A stretch of 64,000 nucleotides of DNA from Mycobacteriales bacterium (GCA_013362805.1 JABFVL010000004.1:74034-138033), one strand, 5' to 3'. Positions 46,235 through 55,903 are shown, numbered from the stretch's first letter. Notes: generated from the letters alone by a model not told the origin. Translations and numbers: made by a program.

Positions 46235-47676
46235 GGCAATGCCTCCGCGATTTGCGTCACTGGGCCGAGGCTCAGACTCAATACCCCGTTGGGCCAAAGA
46301 CCCAGCACCAGCACACCCAACACCAACGGAACGACCGCGATAACTTCACCGAACGACCAACCGCTGGTCGGTTGAACCGCATCGGCGGGTCGGGCAATCA
46401 CTTGGCGCAATACTCGCAAAAAGTATGCGACGGTCAACGCGGCGCCGATAGCCGCACATGACGCCAACGTCATCCACAGGCCCCCGCCTCGTTGCACCGT
46501 CGCCACGATCGCGAAGGCTTCACCCCAGAACCCAGCCAAGCCTGGCAGCCCGAAGCTGGCTATTGTCGCTAGGCCAAAGATGGCGGCTAGCCGTGGAGCC
46601 GAAAAACGGATGCCACCAAGCTGAGCGAGCTCTCCAGTGCCGTATCGCTCTTTGATAATTCCCACCAAGACGAACAACAGTCCGGTGATAAAACCATGCG
46701 CCACGTTAGCGATGACGGCCGCTTGCAATCCAGCTGTCGTGCCGGCGGCGATCCCCAGCAACACAAAGCCCATGTGGCCAACACTTGAATACGCGATCAG
46801 TCGTTTGAGCTCTGTCTGAGCTAGACAAATCAACGCGCCGATGACGATGGCGCCGACAGCGAATATGCCGATCACCGGTGAGGCGTCCGCTGCGGCGTCG
46901 GGCATGGTGCCCACACCCACGCGAATAAAGCCGTAGGTGCCGAGTTTGAGCAGCACCCCGGCTAGCAACACCGAACCGACCGTCGGAGCTTCCGTGTGCG
47001 CGTCAGGCAACCAGGTGTGCAACGGCCAAAGCGGGCTCTTCACCGCGAAGGCCACCGCCAATATCGCGAAGACGGCTAGGGAACCATGTCCACCGCCTTG
47101 CAGGGTCACCAAGTTGGTGGTTCCTGCATCAATAGATAGCAGCACCACACCAAGCAGGAGCAGTGCGGAACCAACGAGCGTATAGAGCGCGAACTTACGC
47201 GCCGCATATGTGCGTTTCGCGCCGCCCCAACCGGCGATGATCGCGTACATGGGTGGCAGAGTGAGCTCGAAGAACACAAAAAACACGATGGTGTCCAGGG
47301 CGAGAAAAACCCCGACCAGGGCAAACTGCAGCACGAATATCAGCGCCAACAGCTGACGAACATCACGTTGAACGGGTCTATCCAACAAATAGGCGGCACA
47401 GCCCACGACGAGCAAAGCCGTGAGCCCAATGAGGGGCCAGCTCAGGCCGTCAACACCGAGATGCCAGTTCACTCCGAGGTTGGATACCCACCTGACATTC
47501 ACCTCGTGCCACATGCCGAAATGTTCTCGCCCGGCAAGCAATGCACAGCTCGCGGCGAGGATGATGATGGCGGCGCCCAATCCCCACCAAGGCGCTTGGC
47601 GCACCGGCACAAACAGCATCAGGATCGCAGCCAGGATGGGCAAGCCCAGGGCAGCGCTGAGAAGGAGGGCACTCAT
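46231..47676 (-). CDS. nuoM: NADH-quinone oxidoreductase subunit M
   Basis: Antiporter-like subunit (WLPDAHTEAPTVGSVLLAGVLLKLGTYG). ATG at 47674-47676 overlaps the nuoL stop (ATGA). Confidence 0.9.
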   Translation of the reverse strand: MSALLLSAALGLPILAAILMLFVPVRQAPWWGLGAAIIILAASCALLAGREHFGMWHEVNVRWVSNLGVNWHLGVDGLSWPLIGLTALLVVGCAAYLLDRPVQRDVRQLLALIFVLQFALVGVFLALDTIVFFVFFELTLPPMYAIIAGWGGAKRTYAARKFALYTLVGSALLLLGVVLLSIDAGTTNLVTLQGGGHGSLAVFAILAVAFAVKSPLWPLHTWLPDAHTEAPTVGSVLLAGVLLKLGTYGFIRVGVGTMPDAAADASPVIGIFAVGAIVIGALICLAQTELKRLIAYSSVGHMGFVLLGIAAGTTAGLQAAVIANVAHGFITGLLFVLVGIIKERYGTGELAQLGGIRFSAPRLAAIFGLATIASFGLPGLAGFWGEAFAIVATVQRGGGLWMTLASCAAIGAALTVAYFLRVLRQVIARPADAVQPTSGWSFGEVIAVVPLVLGVLVLGLWPNGVLSLSLGPVTQIAEALP

Positions 47677-49652
47677 CGAGTCACCTCCCACACCACCACG
47701 GCGATAACGGCAAGCAACACCGCGCCCGTCGCGGTGAGGGTGAGGTAGCGCTCTAGCCCGATGTGCCGTTGGGCGAGCCGTTGCCCGAGTGTCACAGTGC
47801 CACCGCCAACTGCCCGAACCGCGCCATCGACGATTCGTTCATCTCCGAAGCGAGCGGCACGCGCGAGGCGCTGCACGGGTCGGGTAACTAGAGCGTCTTG
47901 CAGCTCATCGAGGTAGAACGCTTGGGCGAACACCGGACGCAGAGCACCCAAACGTTGAGCGGGGTCCGCGGCGCGATCGGCGCGCCATGCCCACCATGCC
48001 AACGCGGCACCGATCAGCACGAGAATCGTGCTGATGGTTGCAGTGGTTATATGGGGCGACAGCGACGGGTTTTCCGCCGATGGCATGAGGGTAAACAGCG
48101 GATATGTCGCGTCGTACCCATGCAGGCCGGTGATGTCGTCGAAAGCGTTTACTCTGGCTGAGAAGGTGGAGCGATCGATCACGAGAGGCCACAGGACTAG
48201 CAGTCCAGCGCCCACTGTGGGCAGTGTGAGCGCGATGATCGGGCCAAGCATGCTTGGCGGAGGGTCGTGTGGACGAGCACGGCCACGGTATTTCCCGAAG
48301 AACACGCGCAACCATAGTCGCATCACATATGCGGCGGTGATGGGAATCGCGAGCCAGGTAGCGGCGGTGACAATCGCCCCGGCGGCTCCCGGAGCATGCT
48401 CCGCGGCCTGCACAATTGCCTCTTTGCTCCAGAACCCAGCGAATGGCGGCACTCCGGCTAGTGCGGCCAACCCAAGGGTGGTGGCACCGAAGGTGAGCGG
48501 CATCGTTTTTCTCAACCCGCCCATCTCGCTGGCTAGGTTGCTTCCCACCGCATGAATCAATGCCCCAGCGCATAGGAAAAGCAGTGCTTTGAAGCCGGCA
48601 TGGCTGAGCAGATGGAAAAGAGCAGCCGCCGATGCGGTGTCGGAAGAAAGGCTCATCACCGCCACCATGTATCCAAGCTGGCTCATTGTGGAAAACGCGA
48701 GCACCCGTTTGATGTCGTCGGCTGCCAACGCGGCGAGCGCTCCCAAAACCACGGTGATCGCGCCGATGATCGCGATCGTCAACAGCACTGTTTCGCTGGC
48801 GAGGAAAACGGGGCGGAGCCGCGCCAACGCGTAGACACCGGCGGCGACCATGGTTGCGGCGTGAATGAGCGCGGAAATTGGCGTCGGGCCGGCCATCGCA
48901 TCTGGTAGCCAGGTGTGCAGTGGAAATTGTGCGCTTTTTCCGGCAATGCCCGCCAAGAGCAACAGTCCCACACAGGTGAGTGTCGTCGCGCTGAACGCGC
49001 CATCTCTGACCGCGCTCAGCACGGTTGTGATGTCAAAGGAGCCCGCGCCAACGGCGAGGATGATGATGCCAAGCAGGAATCCGATATCTCCCACTCGTGT
49101 CACCAAGAAGGCCTTAACCGCAGCTTTGGGCGCCTCTGCCACGTTTTTGTCGTGGCCGATCAGGAGATATGAGCAGATGCCCATAGCTTCCCAACCGATT
49201 ACCAAAGTAAGCAGATCACCAGCGACAACAACGGTAAGCATCGCCAGAGTGAAGAGCGAAACCTGAGCGGCATACGGAACATAGCGTTGGTCCTCGCGAA
49301 GATAACCCACCGAATAGATCTGCACGGCCAACGCCACCAGGGTGACCATCAGCGCCAACACCGCCGACACGAGGTCAATTCGCCCAATGAGAGTCACGGC
49401 GAAATCGCCAAAGTCGGCGATCATCACGCTAGTGCCAAAGGCAGTATCAAGTTCGATTTTTGGATCATCTGACAACACGAATGGATGCGTGCCAACTAGC
49501 CACAGGGACACACCAGCGCCGAGGGCGCTCAGCGCGGTCGCGGCGATAGATGTGATGGCCACGAGACGGCGAGCACGATACGGGGCGAGGAAGCCCACCA
49601 GCACCGCGATGAGAGGTGCGGCAAGCAATAGCAAGGAGGCGCGGGCGATCAC
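47673..49652 (-). CDS. nuoL: NADH-quinone oxidoreductase subunit L
   Basis: 659 aa with WLPDAMAGPTPISALIHAATMVAAGVY and a long C-terminal extension. The GTG start overlaps the nuoK stop. Confidence 0.92.
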   Translation of the reverse strand: MIARASLLLLAAPLIAVLVGFLAPYRARRLVAITSIAATALSALGAGVSLWLVGTHPFVLSDDPKIELDTAFGTSVMIADFGDFAVTLIGRIDLVSAVLALMVTLVALAVQIYSVGYLREDQRYVPYAAQVSLFTLAMLTVVVAGDLLTLVIGWEAMGICSYLLIGHDKNVAEAPKAAVKAFLVTRVGDIGFLLGIIILAVGAGSFDITTVLSAVRDGAFSATTLTCVGLLLLAGIAGKSAQFPLHTWLPDAMAGPTPISALIHAATMVAAGVYALARLRPVFLASETVLLTIAIIGAITVVLGALAALAADDIKRVLAFSTMSQLGYMVAVMSLSSDTASAAALFHLLSHAGFKALLFLCAGALIHAVGSNLASEMGGLRKTMPLTFGATTLGLAALAGVPPFAGFWSKEAIVQAAEHAPGAAGAIVTAATWLAIPITAAYVMRLWLRVFFGKYRGRARPHDPPPSMLGPIIALTLPTVGAGLLVLWPLVIDRSTFSARVNAFDDITGLHGYDATYPLFTLMPSAENPSLSPHITTATISTILVLIGAALAWWAWRADRAADPAQRLGALRPVFAQAFYLDELQDALVTRPVQRLARAARFGDERIVDGAVRAVGGGTVTLGQRLAQRHIGLERYLTLTATGAVLLAVIAVVVWEVTR

Positions 49653-49990
49653 GTATCGCTCCTTGGCGGCTCAGCGTCTAGGTCTGGCATCGTTCCAGTG
49701 GTGACGTCAACGGTGTCGATGGAGATCGTCGATTGTTCCCGGAAAAGTCGCAGCACAATTGCCAACCCCACGCCTATTTCAGCGGCGGCGATAACGGTAA
49801 GAAACAGCACAAAGACCTGACCAGTGGTGGCTTTCACGGATGCGTCGGTGGTGACCAAAATCAGGTTGATGGCGCCCAACATAAGCTCGACAGCCATCAA
49901 AATGAGCAAAATATTGCGCCTGACCAGCACGCCATAGAACCCAATACCAAAAAGTGCGGCGGCAATCAGGTAACCAATGATGGGGTGCAT
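49649..49990 (-). CDS. nuoK: NADH-quinone oxidoreductase subunit K
   Basis: Three TM helices with the conserved glutamates (MAVELMLGAINL, AAAEIGVGLAIV). The start overlaps the nuoJ stop. Confidence 0.9.
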   Translation of the reverse strand: MHPIIGYLIAAALFGIGFYGVLVRRNILLILMAVELMLGAINLILVTTDASVKATTGQVFVLFLTVIAAAEIGVGLAIVLRLFREQSTISIDTVDVTTGTMPDLDAEPPRSDT

Positions 49991-50502
49991 CAGGCATCAT
50001 CCTTTTTCGCCGCTGGAGCGCGTGAAAGAACGATGGCACCTACCAGTGCGGCAAGCAGCAACAGGGAAAGCAGCTCAAATCCGAGAACCCAGTCTCGGAA
50101 AAGCGCGTCGCCTACGCGTTCGGCGGTGCCTACGTCTTTGTCATCCTGATTCACTTTGGACCAGCCGAACGCTTGCACCAGCAGTGTGCTCAAGCCGGCG
50201 ATAGCGCCAAGCGCAACAAGCACACCTGGCCCTCGTGGCCGGTCAAGCTCTCCCCCACTTACTGGAGCTCGCGTCATCATGCTGGCGAAAAGCAGCAGCA
50301 CGACCACGCCGCCCACATAAATCAAAATTTGCACCCACGCCACAAACTCGGCTCGAAGCACGAGAAAACACCCAGCTAGCCCCGCCAAGGCGACGACCAA
50401 CCACAAACCGGCCCGCACCACGGCGCGGGCACTCACCGTGCCCAGGGCTCCGCCTAGCGTGATCGCTCCGAGAGCAACCAACAACACATCAGTGCCGCTC
50501 AT
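49990..50502 (-). CDS. nuoJ: NADH-quinone oxidoreductase subunit J
   Basis: 170 aa and hydrophobic, with AEFVAWVQILIYVGGVVVLLLFASMM typical of NuoJ. It lies upstream of nuoK. Confidence 0.85.
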   Translation of the reverse strand: MSGTDVLLVALGAITLGGALGTVSARAVVRAGLWLVVALAGLAGCFLVLRAEFVAWVQILIYVGGVVVLLLFASMMTRAPVSGGELDRPRGPGVLVALGAIAGLSTLLVQAFGWSKVNQDDKDVGTAERVGDALFRDWVLGFELLSLLLLAALVGAIVLSRAPAAKKDDA

Positions 50503-50701
50503 CCGTCGCCTCTACCTGGCATAGGTGTCCCGCCCACAGGCGCTCATCCTGCCAGGCGCGCCTTGCTCGCCCCCACGCGGTCCACAGGGCGCAAACACCC
50601 AGGACAACCACGCGAACGCTGGACAGTAGCCATATTGGAGCGCGGCACACGACCTGTGGATAGTGCGGGGCCGGCGGCTAAGACTTGGGCACGATGACGG
50701 T

Positions 50702-51223
50702 ATGGCTTCTTCACGCGACACTCATAAAGTGCCTCATGTCCCCAGTAACACTATTTTTGTGGCGCACCCACATCGTCCATCGGTGAACAAATTCGTGGGG
50801 TTTCTTGGGGTCGTAGTGGTGCTGAATCTCGCTTCGGTTCCGCTCATCGCCTATTTCACCGGACTACGCATTGCCTTGGGCATCGCGCTGACGATCGTGT
50901 GTGGGATCCACATATTTCGCGCGACCAGGTCAGAGCCTTTCTTAGCCGCCACGAAAACCGGAATATACATCCGCCCCATGTCTTTGTTCGCCTCATCGAT
51001 GTTCATCGGATGGCGACAGATCACTAAGGTAAAAGTGAACGGTTTTCCTCAGCGGCTCGAAATCGCCTACACGAAGGCGGGCACCAGCTCATCTCAGCGA
51101 ATTACGACTCTGATCGGCCTCGCCGAGCCAGACTCTCAGACAGTGTTGAATAACCTGGCAACTATCGCCGCTGGCCGCACACATATTGAGGGTGCGAACA
51201 ATCTCGCCGCGGCCAAAATGTAG
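50702..51223 (+). CDS. Hypothetical membrane protein (2 TM plus PH-like beta domain)
   Basis: ATG at 50702 (MASSRDTHK...). TM helices FVGFLGVVVVLNLASVPLIAYF and IALGIALTIVCGIHIF. Then TKTGIYIRPMSL...IGWRQITKVKV, which resembles a bacterial PH domain. It lies on the opposite strand between nuoJ and nuoI. Confidence 0.45.
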   Translation: MASSRDTHKVPHVPSNTIFVAHPHRPSVNKFVGFLGVVVVLNLASVPLIAYFTGLRIALGIALTIVCGIHIFRATRSEPFLAATKTGIYIRPMSLFASSMFIGWRQITKVKVNGFPQRLEIAYTKAGTSSSQRITTLIGLAEPDSQTVLNNLATIAAGRTHIEGANNLAAAKM

Positions 51224-51274
51224 CCCGGTAAGTGACGCCTAGTTGAGGCTCGGATGCTCGTGCTCTTGTCGGGA

Positions 51275-51814
51275 TTAAGAGTCAGGTGCGGTTTCCGCTT
51301 TTTCCCGAGCTTTCCCGGCCGCGACAAGTTCCTTCGCGGGCTCACCATTGGCATCATTCACCGGCGGAGGCGGCACGGTGGCGACCCAACTTTGCAGCTT
51401 TTCTTTCTCATGCAGCATCTCGCGAATGTCGGTCTCGACGTAGTCAAACTCCGGCGACCAAAACAACGCGTCGAACGGACATACTTCGACACAGATACCG
51501 CAGTACATGCACAGGGAATAATCAATCGCGAAGCGGTCCAGCACATTGCGCTGTCGCGGCCGAGCCGCGCCCTCAGGCTGATATGTCTCTTTATGCGAGT
51601 CAATGTAGATACACCAGTCGGGGCATTCGCGCGCACACAGCATGCACGAGGTGCAGTTTTCGTGCAGCAACGCGATAACGCCTCGCGACCGGGCGGGCAA
51701 TTCTGGCTTAACGTCCGGGTACTGCTTGGTGTGGGCACGACGAAATAGGTTCCGCAGCGTCACGCCCAAACCACTAAACAACGCACGCCCAGGCGCCGGC
51801 TTATTCTGACTCAC
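51275..51814 (-). CDS. nuoI: NADH-quinone oxidoreductase subunit I (2x[4Fe-4S] ferredoxin-type)
   Basis: Two CxxCxxCxxxCP motifs ([24 protein letters not shown]). GTG start after a GAGGG tract. Confidence 0.92.
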   Translation of the reverse strand: MSQNKPAPGRALFSGLGVTLRNLFRRAHTKQYPDVKPELPARSRGVIALLHENCTSCMLCARECPDWCIYIDSHKETYQPEGAARPRQRNVLDRFAIDYSLCMYCGICVEVCPFDALFWSPEFDYVETDIREMLHEKEKLQSWVATVPPPPVNDANGEPAKELVAAGKAREKAETAPDS

Positions 51815-52012
51815 ACCCTCATCCTGCCAGGTGGCTATCGCGACTCCCCCGCGCCGCTCGCGCCAGTTCGGATCGGGTCCATATTCTTAGCGCTTTTAGC
51901 CCAGGCAAATCAGCGCATCGGCGGCAGAAACCCCAGCCTAGGACGGATAACTGCTCGCCCCACCAGGCGGGTTCAACACTAAGGCGTCACGTCCGCTCAT
52001 TAAAGCAAGATG

Positions 52013-52576
52013 CTACCGACGTGGCTTGACGAAGAAGTTCACGATCGGCCCTACGCATATAGCCGCTAGCAGCCCGCAACCGATGCCAAACATGCCCGTG
52101 CCGGTGCTGCCAAAGCCAGGTAGATCCCCCAGTGATCGAGCAATGTGCCAGCCCGCAAACGCACACACCACCATTAGTAGGTAAAAAGCTGCATACTCGA
52201 CGAGAAACCAGCGGGCCAGCACCTCCACTGGACGCGCGTCGGGCGCGTATTGAGTTTGCGAAGTGGCGGCCGTGAAATCACCTTCACGAATCCGGACATT
52301 GAGCCCGTGTACTTTGGCAAACCCAGTGACCGCATAGGGGTCAAACGGAATATCCAACGCGGTAAGCAAGCGCCCCGCGTCGTCGCATACGGCCAAGCCC
52401 GCCGAAAGTTGTTGCCCCGGCTGAGAATAAGGCATGAGCACCCGGGCCGTCGGAAATGCGTGCCGTGCACCACTGACGTCATAAATGGTCAAAACATCGT
52501 CGATAAACTCGAGTCGTGTTTTGCGCGGGATCCCCAGTGGTCCACGCGGCGTCGTCGGGCGCAATATCTCAGGCAT
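52013..52576 (-). CDS. Hypothetical protein (soluble N-terminal domain plus 3 TM helices) embedded in the nuo operon
   Basis: ATG at 52574-52576 overlaps the nuoH stop by 8 nt (ATGCCTGA). The C-terminal third is hydrophobic (WFLVEYAAFYLLMVVCAFAGWHI, MFGIGCGLLAAICVGPIVNFF). I recognised no family. Confidence 0.5.
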   Translation of the reverse strand: MPEILRPTTPRGPLGIPRKTRLEFIDDVLTIYDVSGARHAFPTARVLMPYSQPGQQLSAGLAVCDDAGRLLTALDIPFDPYAVTGFAKVHGLNVRIREGDFTAATSQTQYAPDARPVEVLARWFLVEYAAFYLLMVVCAFAGWHIARSLGDLPGFGSTGTGMFGIGCGLLAAICVGPIVNFFVKPRR

Positions 52577-53534
52577 CAAGCGCGATCCTCACCCCAGCGG
52601 TAAGGACCAATTGGGCTAGCGCGATCGGAACAAGCACAAGCCAGCAAAAACGTTGAATTTGATCGGCACGAAGACGTGGCCATGCCACTCGAAGCCAGAT
52701 CACGACGAAAGCGACCAGCGCTGTTTTTACCAGCGTCCAAAGCCATCCCACGCTGTCAGAGAGCGGACCTTGCCAGCCACCCAAAAACAACACGGCGGTG
52801 AGGGCGGAGATGACAACAATTCCCACATATTCGGCCAGCAAGAAGAAGGCGAACCGCAAGCCGGTGTATTCGGTGAGATAGCCAAATACGAGTTCAGAAT
52901 CAGCGAGCGGCGCATCAAAAGGCGGACGCCGAATCTCCGCCAGCCCCGCTATAAAGAAGACAAGAAGCGCGGGAAACTGCCAAAGGAGCCACCACGGCTC
53001 CCATTCGTTGACTATCTCCGGCAGGCTCAATGTGCCGGCCGCCAAGGCGGGGCTCGCCGCCGCCAACAACAGCGGAACTTCATAACCGAGCAGCTGAGCG
53101 GCGGCCCGCAGGCCCCCCAACAGGCTGTACTTATTGGCACTTGACCAGGCCGCCATCAACACGCCGACAACGCCGATGCCCAGAATCGCTAGGACAAAGA
53201 ACAACCCGAGATCCAGTGGTTGGGCCACCAAGCCATGTGGACCCAACGGCAACACCAGGAAAACGAAAAGATACGGAAGTAGTGCCACCAGTGGGGCCAG
53301 CCGAAAAATCGCTCGGTCCGCTCCCGCGGGCACAATGCTTTCTTTTTGAGCGAACTTCACGCCGTCGGCGAGCAGCTGCGCCCATCCGTGAAAGCCCCCA
53401 GCTTTCATCGGCCCAAGCCGGCCCTGCATGTGCGCCATAACTTTGTGCTCGGCTTGGCCAACTATCAGCGGAAACACCAAAAACGCGCCGAGCGCCGCCA
53501 CAATGCGAAGGGCCAGCTCCACCCACTCGGGCAC
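52569..53534 (-). CDS. nuoH: NADH-quinone oxidoreductase subunit H
   Basis: EHKVMAHMQGRLGPMKAGGFHGWAQLLADGVKFAQKE, plus FDAPLADSELVFGYLTEYTG, which is typical of NuoH/ND1. Confidence 0.93.
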   Translation of the reverse strand: MPEWVELALRIVAALGAFLVFPLIVGQAEHKVMAHMQGRLGPMKAGGFHGWAQLLADGVKFAQKESIVPAGADRAIFRLAPLVALLPYLFVFLVLPLGPHGLVAQPLDLGLFFVLAILGIGVVGVLMAAWSSANKYSLLGGLRAAAQLLGYEVPLLLAAASPALAAGTLSLPEIVNEWEPWWLLWQFPALLVFFIAGLAEIRRPPFDAPLADSELVFGYLTEYTGLRFAFFLLAEYVGIVVISALTAVLFLGGWQGPLSDSVGWLWTLVKTALVAFVVIWLRVAWPRLRADQIQRFCWLVLVPIALAQLVLTAGVRIALDA

Positions 53535-54170
53535 TTAGCTCTCCTTCTGATTCGGTGGTGCGTTCTCACCCGATTCTTCGGGTTGTTCGGTCAATGGCCA
53601 CGGCGTCTCGGGCACGCCCGGCGGCAGCAGCTTGCGTCTTGATGGTGCTTGTTTGCCGCCGGCCGGGGTGCCGCCTTCCCCGGGCTCTTTAGCTCCTGGC
53701 CACGCTTTGATGGCCCGGGCGGCCAGCACGAAATCTTTTCGTAGCGGATGACCTTCGAATTCATCGGGCAAAAGTAGTTTGCGCAGATTCTCGTGACCGA
53801 CAAAATCGATTCCGAACATTTCGAAGGTTTCACGCTCATGCCAGGCCGCGCCGGGAAAAACCTCAACAACACTGTCCAAGCGTGGTTCCGTGATGAGCGT
53901 GCGCAGCAGTAGGCCCTGCCGACGCTTCGCGTCCCACAAGTGAGCGACCACACGCAGGCCTTCAGCGGTTTCATCTACCGCAGTGAGCCAGTCAAGGAAG
54001 GTGAAATGAAGAGCGTCTCGTGCGGTTGACAGCGCCTCAACCCAGGTATCGGGTGGAACGTCAACCACCGGACGCGACCAGGTGCCGCCCCCTGACGTGC
54101 TCACCGCATCGGCGGGGACATGGAATGTGGCAGCAAGCATGGCCGCTCGGTCCTCGGGCTGGTTCTGCAC
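53535..54170 (-). CDS. nuoC: NADH-quinone oxidoreductase subunit C (30 kDa subunit), with a low-complexity Pro/Gly/Glu tail
   Basis: FPGAAWHERETFEMFGIDFVGHENLRKLLLPDEFEGHPLRKDF is the NuoC signature. The stop abuts the nuoH start. The start is GTG at 54170 or ATG at 54140. Confidence 0.88.
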   Translation of the reverse strand: MQNQPEDRAAMLAATFHVPADAVSTSGGGTWSRPVVDVPPDTWVEALSTARDALHFTFLDWLTAVDETAEGLRVVAHLWDAKRRQGLLLRTLITEPRLDSVVEVFPGAAWHERETFEMFGIDFVGHENLRKLLLPDEFEGHPLRKDFVLAARAIKAWPGAKEPGEGGTPAGGKQAPSRRKLLPPGVPETPWPLTEQPEESGENAPPNQKES

Positions 54171-54214
54171 ACCGCGATCCTAGTGTTGACTCGCCTGTTC
54201 GTAGGCTGTGAGGT

Positions 54215-54532
54215 ATGTCCCGGCAATTTCAACGCACCGTCGAAGACTTTGAGTGCGGCAATTGTGGTGCCCAGGTGACGGGCACGGGTTATACGAACCA
54301 TTGCCCTGCCTGTCTGTGGTCCCGGCATGTTGATGTTCAGCCCGGCGACAGAGCGGCGCAGTGCCAGGCGTTGATGCGCCCGGTGCGCGCGCACCTAGAT
54401 CACGGCGCGTTCATTATCACGCACGAATGCACACGTTGCGGCGTTCGCAAACTCAACAAGGCTGCGCGATCCGATGATCGTGACCTGTTGATCGCTCTGT
54501 CGGCTACCGGCTGGGATCAGTTGCCGCGCTAA
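54215..54532 (+). CDS. RNHCP domain zinc-ribbon protein
   Basis: CGNCGAQV...GYTNHCPACLWSRHVD...CTRCG matches the (Y)RNHCPxCLxSxHVD signature of the RNHCP family. Confidence 0.65.
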   Translation: MSRQFQRTVEDFECGNCGAQVTGTGYTNHCPACLWSRHVDVQPGDRAAQCQALMRPVRAHLDHGAFIITHECTRCGVRKLNKAARSDDRDLLIALSATGWDQLPR

Positions 54533-55833
54533 TGCAGTTTGAGTTCGTTGTTTCGGTTCAGGTCGACAAAGATCTGGTGATCGGCACGGGCTCGCGCACC
54601 ATAGCTGTGCGCGAAGTCGACGAGCATGTCCACGAATCCGGCTTCGTCTTTTTCGATGGCACGCACAATTTCGGTTTCGGTGGAGAAGTCCACTAGGTCG
54701 TGGCTGGAGTCATCGTCGGCTACGGAGTGCATACGGGCTGTGGCGCGGCCGAGTTCGGCAACGACTTCGAGTAGCTCCTCGGGTTCGTTGACCTCGTCCC
54801 AGTCCAAGTCGGCGGCATATGGTGATACTTCCGCGGCCATGAGCCCGACACCATCCAAAGTGGTGAACCCACCCCAGTGGTCGGCGTGTGCCTGCAGCGC
54901 GCGCTGAGATTCGGTGGTTCGGTGCCCTTGGTGGTGGAAATAGTTGGTGATGCGTTCGTCAGTGATGTGTCGGGCCGCGGCTGGCGTTTGGCCTTGTTTC
55001 AGGTAGATGATGATGTCGTTTTCCAGGGCTTGGGTTGGCCCTTCTAGCAGGACGTTGTACGAGGGCAGGCCGGCTGAGCCGATGCCTACGCCTTTGCGGA
55101 GAACGATGTCTTTGACGTGCAACGAGTCGACGGAGAACGTGTTGGATTCGGGCAGCGTCGTGATGTAGTCGCGGAAAGCGTCGGTGACACGTTCCCGGGT
55201 GTCTTCGTCAACAGTGAATACGCCGTCTTGCATCGCGAACTTGCGATCGTAGTTTTCGACGCTGGTCTGTTTGTTGAGCATGTCCACCCGGGTGTTCAAC
55301 CGCGCTTGTTGGAGCACGTCGTGCAGCACCCCATGGGTGGTGTCTAGGGTCAGTTCGCCGATGGCATCGTCGCCGCCGGTGGCGATGGCTCGCAGTTCGG
55401 TGATGTACGCGTTCGCGTAGGTGCGCACGAGCTCGGAAATCGCCTCATCGGATATGGCTTTGGCGTAACCGATGAGAGCGAGACTGGCGCTGAAGCGCTT
55501 CACATCCCAGGTGAAGGGGCCAACGTAGGCTTCGTCGAAATCGTTCACGTTGAAAACTAGAACGCCTTTGGAGTTCATGTAAGTGCCGAAGTTTTCGGCG
55601 TGAAGGTCACCATGAACCCACACTCGGCCGGTGCGTTCGTTCACAAAAGGGTCTGGTTCACCAACGATGTCATAGTCGAAAAGGCAAGCGCTGCCCCGAT
55701 AGAACGCGAAAGGCGTATTGGCCATTTTGCGAAATTTACGGTGAAATGCGCCAGGGTCAGCGGCGGCTAGGACACCAAAAGCGTCTTGAAAAACGTCAAT
55801 AATTTGTCCGGCCCGCGCGCTGTCTGACATCAT
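54529..55833 (-). CDS. DUF2252 family protein (kinase-fold-like)
   Basis: FAFYRGSACLFDYD, VWVHGDLHAENFG and FNVNDFDEA are characteristic DUF2252 blocks. ATGATG at 55828-55833 follows GGGAAGG. Confidence 0.65.
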   Translation of the reverse strand: MMSDSARAGQIIDVFQDAFGVLAAADPGAFHRKFRKMANTPFAFYRGSACLFDYDIVGEPDPFVNERTGRVWVHGDLHAENFGTYMNSKGVLVFNVNDFDEAYVGPFTWDVKRFSASLALIGYAKAISDEAISELVRTYANAYITELRAIATGGDDAIGELTLDTTHGVLHDVLQQARLNTRVDMLNKQTSVENYDRKFAMQDGVFTVDEDTRERVTDAFRDYITTLPESNTFSVDSLHVKDIVLRKGVGIGSAGLPSYNVLLEGPTQALENDIIIYLKQGQTPAAARHITDERITNYFHHQGHRTTESQRALQAHADHWGGFTTLDGVGLMAAEVSPYAADLDWDEVNEPEELLEVVAELGRATARMHSVADDDSSHDLVDFSTETEIVRAIEKDEAGFVDMLVDFAHSYGARARADHQIFVDLNRNNELKLH

Positions 55834-55903
55834 TCGCCTTCCCAACTAGGAAGCACCCACGCTAAACCACAGTCGGTGAACAAGGGGTAAATGGTGACCC
55901 AAT

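Noticed and set aside
52653-53440. Plus-strand ORFs (52653-53144, 53030-53440) and the alternate-frame minus ORF (53131-53526) within nuoH. Similar ORFs lie within nuoL, nuoM and nuoN.
   Set aside because: They overlap conserved nuo subunit genes and have an Arg/Gly/Pro-rich composition typical of wrong frames in GC-rich DNA.
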